Position numbers and translations under genes: made by a program
Part shown: one piece after another, positions 35,892-54,434 of the stretch
Layout: the number at the start of each line of letters is the position of its first letter
How positions within the stretch are numbered: position 1 is the first letter of the stretch
Notes under the pieces: generated by a model
The model's input: the letters and a program-made list of their open reading frames with translations, nothing else
Told to the model about the DNA's origin: nothing
Databases searched by the model: none
Source: Chrysomallon squamiferum
Lineage: Eukaryota; Animalia; Mollusca
DNA length: 64,000 bases
NCBI GenBank assembly: GCA_012295275.1
Contig: CM022668.1
Span: 4,836,001 to 4,900,000 of the forward strand
Direction: 5' to 3'

Positions 35892-38078
35892 GGGTTCAAA
35901 AGTTTATGAGTGATGGTAAGTAACAGCGTCAGTCAGATGAATAATAAATAAATGAAATTATAAAAAACAATAACACTTACTTGGAGACGCTTTGATCGAA
36001 GAAAGTATATATTTGTTTGCATGTACGTACGTATGTATGTATGATACTATGGATAAGAGAATATCTTTATGTGCATGCACTGATCTAAATATATAGGCAT
36101 GTTTCATGTATTGTTTATGGAGAAATTAAATTAAGAAAATATGAATGATATCTTACCTGGAAGAGGAACTTCAAAGGAAAAACGAAATATATATATATAT
36201 ATATATATATTATTTCAATATATTAGGGAGAAGATGAATATTTTTAATGTGTGTGTGTTCATTTATCTATCTATCTATATAAATAGTTATTATAGATGCA
36301 GTTATTAAACGTTTCATAGACTGACAAAAATGCGGCAAGTTTAAAATATTTCGAAAATTATTTGATCTCTCCTTACTTCGAAAATTATTTGATCTTAGAG
36401 CATTACACGTGATGTTGCTGAAGAGAAGTTGTACGGACGTAAAAGAAGACACAAGCATTATCCAATCAGTTAACATGGACTTACTATAGCAGCACACGTG
36501 AGCTGGATCCTCACATCTGTATTCTTCAGTAGTAAATTGAGACAGAGTCATACACTCTGCCCCTATCACACACTGGGGAGATGGGCTTTCATGATTGACA
36601 CAATCCAAAAGGAATATCAGAGAGGATAAAAAGAAAAATCGTTAAAGTAGAAAGATATGGTCTCTCTCAATAATCAATAATAAGACTTACTTGGAGACGC
36701 TATGAGCGAAAGATAGAAACATCTATGTATGTATGTATGTATGTATGTATGTATGTATGTATGTATGTATGTATGTATGTATGTATGTATGTATGAAATG
36801 AGTATCTGTTTATATAAATGCACTGATCTAAATATCTGGATGTGTTTCATGCATTTTTTTTTTCTATGGAGAATATAAATTAAGAAAATATCTTGATATC
36901 TTACCTGGAAGAGGAGCTTCAAAGGAAAAAAAGAAGAATATATATTTTAAAACTACAAACAAAAGCGTACAGTGGTTTATTCAAATCCACTTCTAGATTA
37001 ATACAATAGATAGCTGAGCCTACTCAAAATTATTTAGAAGGTATCCTTTCTCAAAATACACAAAGAAATACAAAGCATCCAACATTTCATGAAAAACAAA
37101 ACTTATCCTTTGAAAACATTATAAAACATTTTTAAATCTTTACTGAAAACGGTCGTAAATCCTTCCAGTACAGTTACGATGCTAAATAATCAAAATAAAT
37201 AACTGACATATCCAAGTGGATTTTTGCTTGCTTCGTTTGAAACCGATACAAACACACAAAATTTCGGCTGAAACATTTACCCGTAAATCCGTTGATTCAT
37301 TTCTCATTTAAATTCAAAGATGTTACGTTTTTACTTAATTCAAATTATTCTATAAAGCTTTCAGATGGTTTCTCTGTATCTGGGTTTTCTTCAAATGTTC
37401 TCTAAAGAGAAAATGTATCAGCATCGACGTTTGTATTTGTAAATATGGAATCTGCATCAGATATGTTAAATAAAACAGCATCTGTATTTTTAACAAAACT
37501 ATCGTGTCTGTTTCCAAATGTATTGAAAAATGTGTATATGTACGAGTTATGTATATTAGTGAATGTGTGTTTGTGTCAATGTAATATATGGTAATATGCG
37601 TTATGTATCAGATATATCTGGATGTATTTCATGTATTTTTTTTATAGACAAAACAAATTGTCAAAAATAATGTTTGATATCTTACTTTCTGAAATAAAGA
37701 AAAAATACAAAAAGTAATCATATTAATACATCAGTTAGAAAAAAAGAAGAATATTATTAATGTACATACGTACGTAAGTATGTATCTAAATATATACATA
37801 GTGTGTATATGTATGTAGGTATGTGTATGTATGTGTAAGAGAGGTCAACAGAGAGTAAAAGAGACGTAAATGAAATATGGACAGGTAAATACAGAATGAG
37901 AGAGATGATGAAAGACAGAGAGAAAGAGATTTATATATAGATAGAGAGACAGATAGATAAACAGACAGATAGAGACAGAGATATATACAGATACAGTTGT
38001 AATTTTTTCTTACGAAGTGCTTCGCAATCGTCCAACTGTTTTTTCAGACAGTCAATTTTGACTAGCATGTTTTGAGTT
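34910..38078 (-). pseudogene. Subfamily-A gene body A4 lacking an adjacent exon 1; its first Cys exon has acceptor AG>GG
   Basis: Exon 2 38078-38014 ([21 protein letters not shown]); 3-nt candidate 37688-37686; micro 36916-36905, 36699-36691; Cys 36604-36485 (CVNHESPSPQCVIGAECMTLSQFTTEEYRCEDPAHVCCY, acceptor TGG); micro 36168-36157, 35989-35981; Cys 35370-35254 (CEDYPTASECTTTQLCLVTEGTPANGYTCTDPTHVCCF); last 34923-34910 (DQDR*). Confidence 0.75.
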
Positions 38079-38599
38079 CTGAAAGACAAAAACAGTTTTT
38101 TAACTGATAAATATTTTATATTACACGTGTCAGTTATTGCTTTTCAGGAAAGAAAACTTCTCATACAATTTACATTATTTTACTTTAGGAAAAGCTTAGA
38201 TTAGAAACAACTTTTGCAGTGTATCTGTTTTATTTCGTTTCGTTTTTATTTATTTACTGTTTTCTTTCTTTATTTACGTATTTATTTATTAATTTGTTTG
38301 TTTCTTTTACAAATTCTTTATATATTTATTTGTTTATTTGATTTTGTTTTAATTTCAATATTTTATTTATTGTTATTTTATTTACTTTATTGTTATTGGT
38401 TATGGTCTGTTTATTGTTGTTGTGATAGAGAGACTAATTTTCCTTCTTGTCTGTATGAATCATCCAGACCCACCTTCAGAATTCTGGCACTATAAGACAG
38501 GTGTTTCCTTTGACGTCCGTCCAGCTAGATGACATAATAATATTTGTAATATACAAAAGACTAAAAACATATCTCATACATTAGAAAACCTTCTTTACA

Positions 38600-39399
38600 T
38601 TTAGCCTTGTTTCTGTTTTATATTATAGCAGGTATAACGAATCTTTTCTTTTTTTTTTTTTTTTTCTTTTTTTTTTTAAAATAATTTTCTTTGTATTCCC
38701 ATGTAGATACATACACAGTATTTTAATATAAATATAGATAATATATGCATATATACAAACACACAAACGTACATTCATCTATTTGTACATAAACTGATAT
38801 ATAATAAATCAATTTTATCGCACTTACATTTGACGTTATAACATAATTGTGTTTATAATATGCAAAGCACTAAAAATGTATTTTATTTAGTAGAAAATTT
38901 TGTTAAAATTGATGTATTTTATTTCTTTTATATTGTAGCACGTACAATCAGTAAGTTTTTCTTTTCTTTTAATACTTTTTCCGTTGCACTGTACAGGTAA
39001 AGAGAGTATTTAAACATAATCATAGATAAATATACATGCATACATACATACATATATACAAACACACAAATGTACGTTGATGCATTTGTACATAAACTGA
39101 CATTTTAAATTTGACATTTGACAGTATAAAATAATATATAACATGCAAAATACAAAAAAAATATTTTTTTCATTGGAAGCGTTTCTTAAAATTCAGAATT
39201 GTGTCTGGTGCATTTTATTTTTTTATTTTATATTGTAGCACCTACAACGATTGAGTATTACTTTTTAAAAATAATTTTCTCCGTATTACTATGCTGATAT
39301 ATACACAGTATTTAAACATAAACATGGATAAATATACATATAAATAAATATACATACATACATACATACATTATCGCGATAGAAATATCGATTTATTGT

Positions 39400-39438
<39 letters not shown>

Positions 39439-40290
39439 TTTTTTGTAAGTTTTCTCTATTCAGTGCCAATCCAAAAACAGGCAGCTGAAAACAGATCAGA
39501 AAAAAATATATATACTGTTATCTGTAATAAAATAAACTTTGAACTACAATAAAATATATATTTACCTATAATAAAATATACTTTTGCCTGTAACAAAAGA
39601 ATGTTTTGCTTGTAACAAAATATACTGTTATCTGTAATAAAATATACTCTTACCTATAATAAAATAAACTTTTACTTGTAATAACATAAATGTTTACCTG
39701 TACAAGAATATACTTTTACCTGTAATAAAATATATGTATGCATATGCAATAAAACATATTTTTACTTGTGAAAAAAAAAAGACAAGAGAAAAAAGAAAAA
39801 CCCCCCCATGATGCTTTTACCTATAATAAAATATATCTTCATCAGCGGTACTTGTATTTGTTTTTATTACTATTAAATTTTTGACGTTTGCTGTAATTAT
39901 TAATATATCGTGAGATATCATTATTTTATGTTTTTTCAATTGTTGAAAATTCTGCAATTCTACGACATACATGATTACAGCGTGGTAGCAGTAATAGCAG
40001 TAGTGTCTTCAGTTATAACAGTAGTAATGTAGCAGTAGTAGTAATATAGTAGTAATGCAGAAATTGTATAAATAGTTGTAGCAGTATAAGTAGTGGTAAC
40101 AGTAGTAATAGCTGTACTAGTAGTAGTAATAAGACTAATGTTAGCGCTGGTGGTGGTGTTTGTGGTGATAGTACTAGTAGTAGTAGTAGAATTAGTGGCG
40201 ACAGCATCAATAGAATGATAAACGTCACTAACAGCGCCATCTGGCGAGAGAAGACCCTAGCAGCATCCTGACAGTTGTTACTTTATTTCT
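38600..40290 (+). pseudogene. Remnant of a B1-like gene: three decayed TPTT micro-exon units joined to a copy of the B1 3' flank
   Basis: ag|CACGTACAATCA|gtaag at 38939-38950; CACCTACAACGA at 39239-39250 with a dead donor; 39820-40290 resembles 33800-34240. No Cys exon. Confidence 0.65.
39505..39835. repeat. Minisatellite, ~22-bp unit (AATAAAATATACTTTTACCTGT-like)
   Basis: About 11 degenerate direct copies. Confidence 0.7.
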
Positions 40291-40823
40291 AGAGCTGCAT
40301 TTAGACATCAGCTGAAAAATCTACTGCAAGCTTAGAGTCTTGCAATGAGTAAGACGCTGTAAGATTTCAGTTTAGTTATCACACAAATTTATTATGTGCT
40401 AGTACTCAAGACAATGGGCCTGTAATGATTTCTATTGTTTAGGACGTCACCATATTTATAACTCACCCTGATTATTTCCTGTGTTCCTAATGCAACTTTA
40501 CCATATCGATTAAGAAACAGATCACATTAGTAATTTGGAATTAAATTAACAATACAATACATTAAAGCAGTTTGTTTAAACTGCCTCTGCTCTAATTATT
40601 ATTATTTCCTAAATTAATTTTTGCTGATGGTGTTGCAAATAATATATATTTCCTTGTGAAAATAACTGTCTTCGATATTGTGTACATTTCTCAGTAGCCT
40701 AATTATAAGATAGTGTGTCAGTTTTTACACATAAATGATAAGCAAATACGTTTCAGAAAATAATTATTGTCACTAATTTAATATTGCTTGAAAAAAAAAA
40801 ATAAAAAATAAAATAAAAAATAA

Positions 40824-40878
<55 letters not shown>

Positions 40879-41014
40879 TTTCAAACTAAAACCATACTAA
40901 ATGATTGAATCAAAAACAACATTTAAAAATTACAACAAACAGAAATAAATTTTTTACATTTTTATTGAATTCTTATAATTAACATGAGTGATTTTTCTTT
41001 CTCGGGTTTGTCTT

Positions 41015-44051
<3,037 letters not shown>

Positions 44052-44580
44052 TTTCAGTCTTTTGTCTGTCTTATACTCAGGACTTTGTTGAACTGTGTGA
44101 ATAATGGAAATGTGAGATTTACAATTGTTTGTTTCTTTCGACTAAGTGTACAGAGTGAAATAAAAGTTTAACTAAATGTTTTGTTCTGTTTGGATTCGCT
44201 CGGGAGCAGCATGTGCCATTTTGTAATTTCAGTGAAATCTGATAAGACAATAACTATTAATTGTTCTCTGTTTATATTCAGCTACCCATCGGTTTTTCTC
44301 TTGATTGTCTTGTGCGGGATATAACAGAGTAAACAACTGAAGAAAATCGATCGTAAAGGGATACGCTTCAATCATTTCGACGTTTCATTTATTGATTTAT
44401 TTGTTTATTTCATTTTACTTTAATTTTAGTATCTTATTTATTATTATTTTATTTACTTTCTTCTTATTGTTATTGTTTCTGGTCTGTTTATTGTTTGTCT
44501 GTTTGTACAGCTGTCTCTTCTTCTGTCAGTGTCTGTATCGCAGGCGATCGGGGTACACGTTTTCCTTAATGTAATTTATT

Positions 44581-44670
<90 letters not shown>

Positions 44671-44908
44671 AAGAGTAACTATTTTAATGGCTTTTCTATT
44701 TTCTTCTCTAATTTTCCTTTTATGCTGCGTTGAGCAGCCAGATCTCCGGCACTGTTATACAGGTGTTTCCTTTAACGTCCGCCCAACTTCTCTTCAGCTA
44801 GATGACGTGCAATACTCAGTTTCAATTTGCTAATTCTGAAACATGAATCGTCAGGACTCTTTATGAGAACAGATACTAAATTTATCTTGTACCATATATC
44901 ACTTAGAT

Positions 44909-44948
<40 letters not shown>

Positions 44949-45352
44949 ATTAAATTTTAAATTTGACAGAGAAAAAGGAAGAAATGTTGTAAAATGTTTT
45001 AAAATGGTATATTTCGTTTAAGAATGTTTTTCGTGAAATGTTTTTTTCTCCTTCGTATATTCTGAGAAAGGATTGCTACTAAATAATTTTAAATAGGTTC
45101 AGAAATATTTTGTACAGTAGTATAGGTTGAGAAATATCTTGTACAGCATATAGTTTTAAAATACCTAATGCATGTAAATAAATGTACTTATATACATATA
45201 TACGTACATTAAAAATATTTTTCTTTTCTGTATCTGATATACATACATATATACCTAGATTAAACATATTTTTCTTTTCACTATCTGATGTATTAAAATA
45301 ATAATTTTTAGTATTTATTTATTTATATTTTTGTTGTTGTTTCTCTTTGAAG

Positions 45353-45364
45353 TTCCTCTTCCAG
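45353..45364 (+). other. Orphan A-type micro-exon ag|TTCCTCTTCCAG|gtaag immediately before the gap
   Basis: Same exon and intron context as 2876-2865 and 36168-36157, in opposite orientation. Confidence 0.6.
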
Positions 45365-45400
45365 GTAAGATACAAATATCTTGTGTTAATTTAGTTTCTG

Positions 45401-45600
45401 NNNNNNNNNNNNNNNNNNNNNNNNNNNNNNNNNNNNNNNNNNNNNNNNNNNNNNNNNNNNNNNNNNNNNNNNNNNNNNNNNNNNNNNNNNNNNNNNNNNN
45501 NNNNNNNNNNNNNNNNNNNNNNNNNNNNNNNNNNNNNNNNNNNNNNNNNNNNNNNNNNNNNNNNNNNNNNNNNNNNNNNNNNNNNNNNNNNNNNNNNNNN
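45401..45600. other. Assembly gap (200 N)
   Basis: Run of exactly 200 N. Confidence 1.
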
Positions 45601-46510
<910 letters not shown>

Positions 46511-47269
46511 TCTTGTCGATGCTCAATTCTAACCTATGTCAGCTTTCTCTGTTACAGATTCTCCATGCTGGCTGTTTCTTTATCCCTCTTATTTTCGTTA
46601 TTGGTAAAATAAATTACATTAAAAAAAACGTTTACAGACTGTGAGTGATGAACAGCCAGCTATACAAACAGAAAAACAGAACAAGCACAATGACAACAAA
46701 GATAAACACACAAGTAACAATAACAAGAAGAATAAAGTAAATAAGATAATAATAAATAAAATATTGAAATTATAAACAAAAGCAAATAAAGAAATAAATG
46801 GATGAGTAGTAGAAATATTTGAAGCGTGTCACTTTAAGATCGATTTTCTTCATTTGTTTACTCTGTTATATCCCGCAAAGACCATCAAGACAAAAACCGG
46901 TGGGTAGCTGTATATAAACTGAGAACAGTTAATATTTATTGTCTTATCAGATTTCAATGAAATTAGAAAATCACAGGTGCAGTCATTAAACAGAACAGGA
47001 CAGTTAATTAAGAGTCAAGGTGAACACAAGACAATCAAGAGAAAAGCGATGGGTGGCTGAAAATAAACTGAGAACTATTCATAGTTGTCTGTAACAGATT
47101 TCAATGAAATTAGAAAATCACACATGCAGCTATTGGGCAGAACAGAAGAGTTAATTAAAAGTGTAATTTTTTCACGTTGACAAAAGAAACAAATATCAGT
47201 ACGTCTCGCATTTCCAGAGCTCACATAGTTCAACAAAGTCCTGAGTACAAGAAGCAGAAAAAACTGAAA

Positions 47270-48569
47270 ATGAAATCTTCTTTGATTATTTGCGTGTTGG
47301 TTCTAACATGTCTGACTGTAGCAGAGTCACACCTTGAACACTGGGGGTGGGGACATGAGAAATCGTCTGAAAGCTGTAGTCAAAAGTAAGTAATTTATTT
47401 TGTGCTTATGATAATAATTATAAAAAAAAGAATAAATAAATAAATAAGTAACTAAATAAATAAATAAGTAATTATATAAAAGAAACTACAATAACATAGG
47501 AATACGTTGCTTTTCATGGTATGTAGCTACGATTTAATATAAGTAGCGAAAATCTCAAATATTTTTTCAATCGGAGCAGTAGTTTTGAAGATATTGCTTT
47601 TTGTGTCCAGCGGATCAACTTTGATTAAATTCATGTCACCGAAAAGCTAATTCGATAAGGATTTCAAATCTCTTATCATTTCCATGACACGTGATTTAGG
47701 AGTAAAATAGAGTTAAAGTGAACACACCTGATAATAAAATGCCCATTCTGACATTTACAAGATATTAAATTACACAAATGCACGAGGTTGCAATAGACTT
47801 GCACATACTGTAGCCAGTTTTGATGCTTTACTGTATCATGGCAACCGCTTGGAAATCATTGGATAAGAAACATGCCAAATAATGCAAATCAAAATGAGTA
47901 TACCGGCATTTGAAACCAAGTACATTTGTAGAAAACCTTCATCATAAAAAATGAGACAGAGATATCTTGCTGCAACATTTCTCAGAAGGAACTTTCATTA
48001 TTTAAAATATTCGTTCATTTAGGGAGTTTAAATGTGATCACTTACAGTTTTAGTGTTTCTGTTTTCCACATAGACCAAATTTATGAAACTAAGGAATTCT
48101 TGAAATGTTTGTTGGACTCTCAAACTGATTTCTCATGTTGGTGACGAAATTCTTCACATTTTCAGCGAGACAGTGGAACCTTTTATTTCTGGAATTCTTT
48201 TCATCGAATTAGTGGACTTTCTTTATTTCCATGAATTCATTCCTCAGCTAGTCCACAACTACTTACACAATCGAAGATGGTTTGACGTGCAATGAACCAC
48301 TTTAAAAGATGATTGTTATCTCATAGATCTTTCTAACATAAAACAATATCAATTCTACGAGATTTTTTCATTCCTGGAAAAGCAATACCTGGCACGTGTA
48401 ACATAAAATAGTTTTACGTTAAAAAGCTGTTTTTGTTTTTCAGAGTTCAAAAGATGCTTGTGAAAATTGACTGTCTGAAAAAACAGTTAGACGATTGCGA
48501 AGCACTATGTAAGTAAAAATTACAACTGTCTCTGTGTATATCTCTGTCTCTATCTATCTGTCTGTTTAC

Positions 48570-48645
<76 letters not shown>

Positions 48646-50458
48646 ATACATACATACATGTATCTTTCTCTCTCTCCATCTCTCTATGTATCTATCTATA
48701 CATCTATCTGTCTGTCTGTCTCTCTCGATCTGTCGGTTTCTCATTCTGTCTATATTCTCTCTATCTATCTATCAATATATCTTTCTGTCTTTGTATCTAT
48801 ATATCTAACTACCGTTGTGTCTCTGTCTAGCTTTGTTTTCGTTTCTTTCTCTATTTACATTTCTCTCATTCTTTATGTGTCTCCTTCCTTCTGTCTGTCT
48901 CTCACATACGTATACATTTACACATACATACGCACTAAGTGCAACACGTCTCTATACAAACATGTATAATACTTTAGTATGTGTAAATATATATATATGT
49001 ATACATATACACACAAAATATACATATATACATTTATACATACATGCATTAAGAATATTCTTCTTTGTGTAAACTAATATTTTGTACTTTTTTTTTTACT
49101 CTCTGAAGCTGCACCAGGAAGTAAGATATCAAACATTATTTTTAATTTGTTTCTACATAAAGAAATATGTGATATATATCCAAATGTTTAGATTAATATA
49201 TCCGCCCAAAAACACATTCACTTACATAGTACCTGCCTACATCCTAAAATCTATCCATGCATTTTTGTTTTACTTATCCAATATATCTGACAGAAAACTC
49301 ATTTTTAGTTATCCTTGATACTGATTTCATGTCCTTTGATAGAAACATAGATGCAGACATAGATTCTGTTGAGAGAGCATTTGAAAAATACTGAGACACA
49401 GAGAGACTAACCGTAAACCTTACAGAATTATTTGAATTAAGGTTAAAATGTAATGACTTTGAATTTAAGGCAGAAATATATTGGCAGGTTTGAATGATTG
49501 TCATTCATTAGCAAACACTTCAGAGCATAGTTTGCCTCTATTTATCATCAAAACTGGAAGAAATGGTTTTAGACAGAGGAACCAAAATTCCATTTTCAGG
49601 TCTCAAATAATTACATGACATTCTTATTAGTGACAAAATTGTAAAGAAGAATTTTAGAAGTTGTATGATTTATTAAATCAGAAAAATGATAACCTCACAC
49701 TTTAAGCGATAGGTTCGAGTCTCGTCAGCGGCATCTGACGGGGTTTGTCGGATTGTTATTACACTTTGTGCTCTCAGTGTGTTCACGAGTACTGTCTCTG
49801 ATCAGAGTCTAACAATTAACAAATAAAATAAAAACTAATTTCTGATATTTCTATTTTCCTTCAGCTGAAGCTCCTGACGGTAAGAATTACTTTTTTATTT
49901 TCTATTTGATTAAATAATTATTTATTTATTCTTTTTTTTTCTTGTTCTTGTTTTGATTTCTTGCTTTTTCGTTTTATCTTCTGTTTCTTCTGTGATCTCT
50001 CTCTCTCTGTCTCTCTCTCTCTCTTTGACTCTTTCTTTTGCTTTTCTGTGTCTTTGTTCGATTATTAAATAAAACAAAAACTAATTTCTTATATATCTAT
50101 TTTCCTTCAGTTCCAACTATTGAGGGTAAGAATTACTTTTTTCAGTTTTTAATTTATTTATTTATTTATTTATTTATATATTTTTTTATTCTTTCTTTTG
50201 TCTTCTTGTTGTTTTGTTTCTTTGCTTGTTCGTTTCTATCTTATGTTGCAACCACATGTTTCATTGTCTGGGTTATTCTCCGACATTCTTCAATTCAGTT
50301 TGTTAAAAAATACTCTCTCTCTCTCTCTCCTAGTTTTATTTAGCAATCTAGCAGCTACGCTGAACAGAGCATGCACACGCACACACACACATAAAGTGAT
50401 TGAATTGTTATAAACAAAATAATATTTATGCTTATGTGAGAGACACAAACACACACAC

Positions 50459-50550
<92 letters not shown>

Positions 50551-51186
50551 CTTCGAAAATATGAGATAACTGTGTTTTCTGACAATGTATGATCTGATTT
50601 CTTTCTATTTTAACTATATCCAAAATATTTTTACTTATTATTATAATTTTTTTAGGTGCATTGTTGAATCCTAATTTCAGCTTAATTTCCCTTTTAGACT
50701 GTGTAGATCATCCAGAAACAGACTCAGAATGTATTAGCCAACAAACATGTTCTAACGGTAGCGGTTCTGTAGATGAAAACTTCGCCTGCACTGATCCTCA
50801 GCACGTGTGCTGTTACGGCAAGTCTTCGTTAATTCAATATGGAGTACTGATATGTTTCCTTTCACGTCCGCGTACCTCTTCTTCACGTAGAACACTGCTC
50901 TGTTTCCATTTCAGAATGTTCTGTATTTTTCTCCAGGATGAAATTAAAACTGTTCATCTTTCTAAGTCAAATCGCTTGGTTCGTCAAAGCTTCTCACTGG
51001 TAGACTATTATCAAATTCATCAGTTACCATATTGGACTTTGACAAATATCTTTGTTTTATTTCATTTGTATTCTGTCAGTTGTTTCAATTTCGCCTCTCA
51101 GTTGTGTTACTGACTCGACTGAAGGTAATGTAATACATCTAGTTACACTTTCTAATTCCACTGTTTTGTTTTCAGACTGGGGATAG
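47270..51186 (+). CDS. Subfamily-A gene A6 (single six-Cys domain), apparently intact; last intron GC-AG
   Basis: Exons 47270-47385, 48444-48508, 49109-49120, 49865-49879, 50111-50125, 50698-50817, 51176-51186; AATAAA at 51231. Protein: [117 protein letters not shown]. Confidence 0.87.
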
Positions 51187-51289
51187 AAGACTGGAGAAAG
51201 AAAATTCAGTGATGTTAATGACAAGAAATCAATAAAAATGTGAAAATATTACTTCTCTTTATTTTAATTTTCTATTAAATAATTTATAA

Positions 51290-51326
<37 letters not shown>

Positions 51327-52785
51327 TTATTTTTAAAGTAAGATTAAATTAGTAGCAATAATTATTTTCGTAAAATTATTTGCTTTAGCATTTACGTGTA
51401 AAAACTGACACACTATCTTATAATTAGGCTACTGAGAAATGTACACTGTATCGTAGACAATTATTTTCACAATGAAACATATAATATTATTTGCAATATC
51501 ATCAGCAATTTTAAATTTAGAAAATAATAATAATAATAATTGCAGCAAAGGCAGTTTAAACAAACTGCTATTGTGTACTATATTGTTAATTTAATTGCAA
51601 ATTTCTAACGTGAGCTATGTCTAAAATGATTTACATGAAGAACAGATAATCAGGGTGATTTATAAATATGGTGACGTTCTAAACTGTAGAAATCTGTTTA
51701 GGCCCAATGTCTTTAGCACTATCACATAATAAAGTTGTTTGATAACTAAACTGAAATCTTACAGGCTCTAACAGGATGTTAATAGCTAACTGAACTGGTC
51801 AATAATAAATTCAGTAGTAGTAGGAATAGTAGTAGAATTCTAATAGAGGTTACAGTAGTAGTAGTAATAGTGGTGTAGAAAACAGCAGTAGTAGTAGAAC
51901 TAGCAGAACATCATGGCAATCTGTCATTATTGTTAGTAAAATATTACTAGAGTCTTCTTTACATATGTAGCATTTATTTAACTTATTTGTTCAGTCTAAA
52001 ATCTCTGTATATGTGATTAGTGTGTGCATTTTCTAACATCTCTGTCTTTACAGTAATGTTCTACGAAAACGGATGTTAGTATGGTGAGTTGGTACCCTGA
52101 ACTTTACTACTTTATTTTATATTATATTATATTATATCGTATTACATTATATGAGTAAAATAAATAAAACTGTTATAAAATAGCGTTCAGTAAAGTAAAA
52201 TAAAAATTAAATTGAAGAGAAGTGAAGTAGGTAATAGTAAAGAAAAAAATAAATAAAGAAAGAAAGAAACAAAGAAAGAACTTCTAAAGTAAATTAATCT
52301 AAAGTAAAATAAATAAGGTAAACCATAGTAAAATGAAAATAAAATATAAACAATAATAGAAATAAAAAGAAGAAAAACAGAAACGAAACTTATCCAAACT
52401 TAGGTGTCATTTATTTTGTCAAATTGTAAATTACATAAATTTAAAGTGTTTCTGCAATGGTATGAAGAAAATCGTCTAATAAAATGATTTAAATTTCCTA
52501 ATATATATCTGTTTTATTTGAGGCGATCTATCATCTATGATGAACTCTGACAATGATTTATTGCGCATCTGCTTATGTACAAATGCATATAGTGTAACAT
52601 TAGTGGTGGAAATAGGCGAAAGAAGTCTTTCTTTCTTTCTTACTTTCTTTCTTTATTCATTTGTTCGTTCACTATTTCTATTAGCGGTTTTTTTTGTGGG
52701 TTTTTTGTTTGATTTTTTACCTTTGATTTCGCTATATTAACATTTTCCTATTGATTAGATCTTCATATATTGCTTTAATTCTGTC

Positions 52786-52851
<66 letters not shown>

Positions 52852-52997
52852 TGTATGTATGCATAATGTCTGCTCAGTAGAAGATTCTTAGAAAGAAATT
52901 CTTGATTTTGAAGGATATGTTTGAAGGTTTTTACTGTTTGTTTTTTCCTGTTCTAATTTTACTCAGATCCCGGTGATTTTGATATAACAACAACAAC

Positions 52998-53037
<40 letters not shown>

Positions 53038-53859
53038 GTAGTAATAATAATAAAACAGTTTATTTTGTCCTTGTCTTCTAATGGCATGTAACTCTTTTGT
53101 TAATGTACTCGATGTGAAATACCTACACATGATTGTTTGTTTAAAATAATAAATAAATGTATTCACTTATCTAAGACCCATGCTGCTAGAGAAAAATTAA
53201 TTTTGGTTGATATATTATTTTAGATACATATGGTTAGTATAGTACAAATATCGTTCAAAGATAACAAACTATAATTTTGTGTAAGAAGCAGTTAGCTGTA
53301 ATATAAGTAAACATTAATACATTTTTACTGTAATGATATTTAAAATCGTCGACCTTTATTATATTAACTGGTGATTTTTAAATTTTAGAATACCGTTGTT
53401 CCAAAGAAAATAAACAAAGATTTCAGATAATATCCTAGAATCCCAGAAATATTAATTTACTATACAAATAAATAATTAAAAAAATATATTATGAATAGAA
53501 TAAAATAAAATAACATTATTACTACTGTTTTTATTGTAATGTGTGTTGATTATGTTAGATGGATATTATTAAAAAATGTGTGGATACTAACGACGTACTT
53601 TCTTTATTCAACGTCATATCAGTGACGTCACATTTCGCTTTGTCACGAGACAGTCACGACAGGTTATGGAAGTCATTAGATCTGTCTCTTTTTATTTTTA
53701 TTTATTTTGTCTGACTTTCTGTCTAACTTACTGGTTTTCACTGCTTTTTTTTTTTTTTTTTTTTATACTCATTTGTCTCTGATTCAAAAAAAAAAAAAGG
53801 AAAGAAAAAAGAATAAGACATATTAATCCACCTGAGTATTCTATTGAAAAATACAGCTA

Positions 53860-54090
53860 TAAGTCACGTGATAACCTTCACCCTGACCACACGAAATAAC
53901 GTCACGTGGACTGCGTCACGTGTCACCTTCAGATATCTGTGTCAGTTCTTCCCGCTACACTGTGTGACAGCTCGTCTGTTTATCTCTCTGTTTTTAAACT
54001 AATAAAATATCTATCAACTGATCTGAGACCCATGCTGCTAGCACAAAATTAATTTTAATTGGCAGATGTTAAATTTCTTCCTTTAAGTAT
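53860..54090. repeat. Dispersed non-coding repeat with core GATCT(A/G)AGACCCATGC(T/C)GCT
   Basis: Related copies at ~21360-21560 and ~23730-23920 (opposite strand), ~55200-55420 and ~62300-62520, with fragments at ~53165, ~55000 and ~62150. Confidence 0.6.
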
Positions 54091-54115
54091 GATAAATGTG
54101 ATAATATGTGACCGA

Positions 54116-54175
<60 letters not shown>

Positions 54176-54333
54176 TTAAGTTCATATATGAATATGTATC
54201 AAAATAGTAAATAAAATAAAATGAAATGAAATAAAATAAAATAAAAGTAATAATAATGCACATCAAAACGAGAACAAAAACATTTAGTTTTAACAGCGAA
54301 GTTAATTTCAAAAAACAAAATAAATAAATTTAC

Positions 54334-54434
54334 CTTTCACTGCAGTTGTCCCAGAAATGTCTGCCCCACCAACTTCCATGTGACTCCACTGTAGTCAAAC
54401 ATGCTACGACGACGACAAATAGAAATATTTTCAT
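54334..54434 (-). pseudogene. Orphan B-type exon 1 (MKIFLFVVVVACLTTVESHGSWWGRHFWDNCSE)
   Basis: 101-nt exon with an intact donor. The TATA box is mutated to TACAAA (~54509-54514), and no B exon 2 lies downstream on the minus strand. Confidence 0.75.
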
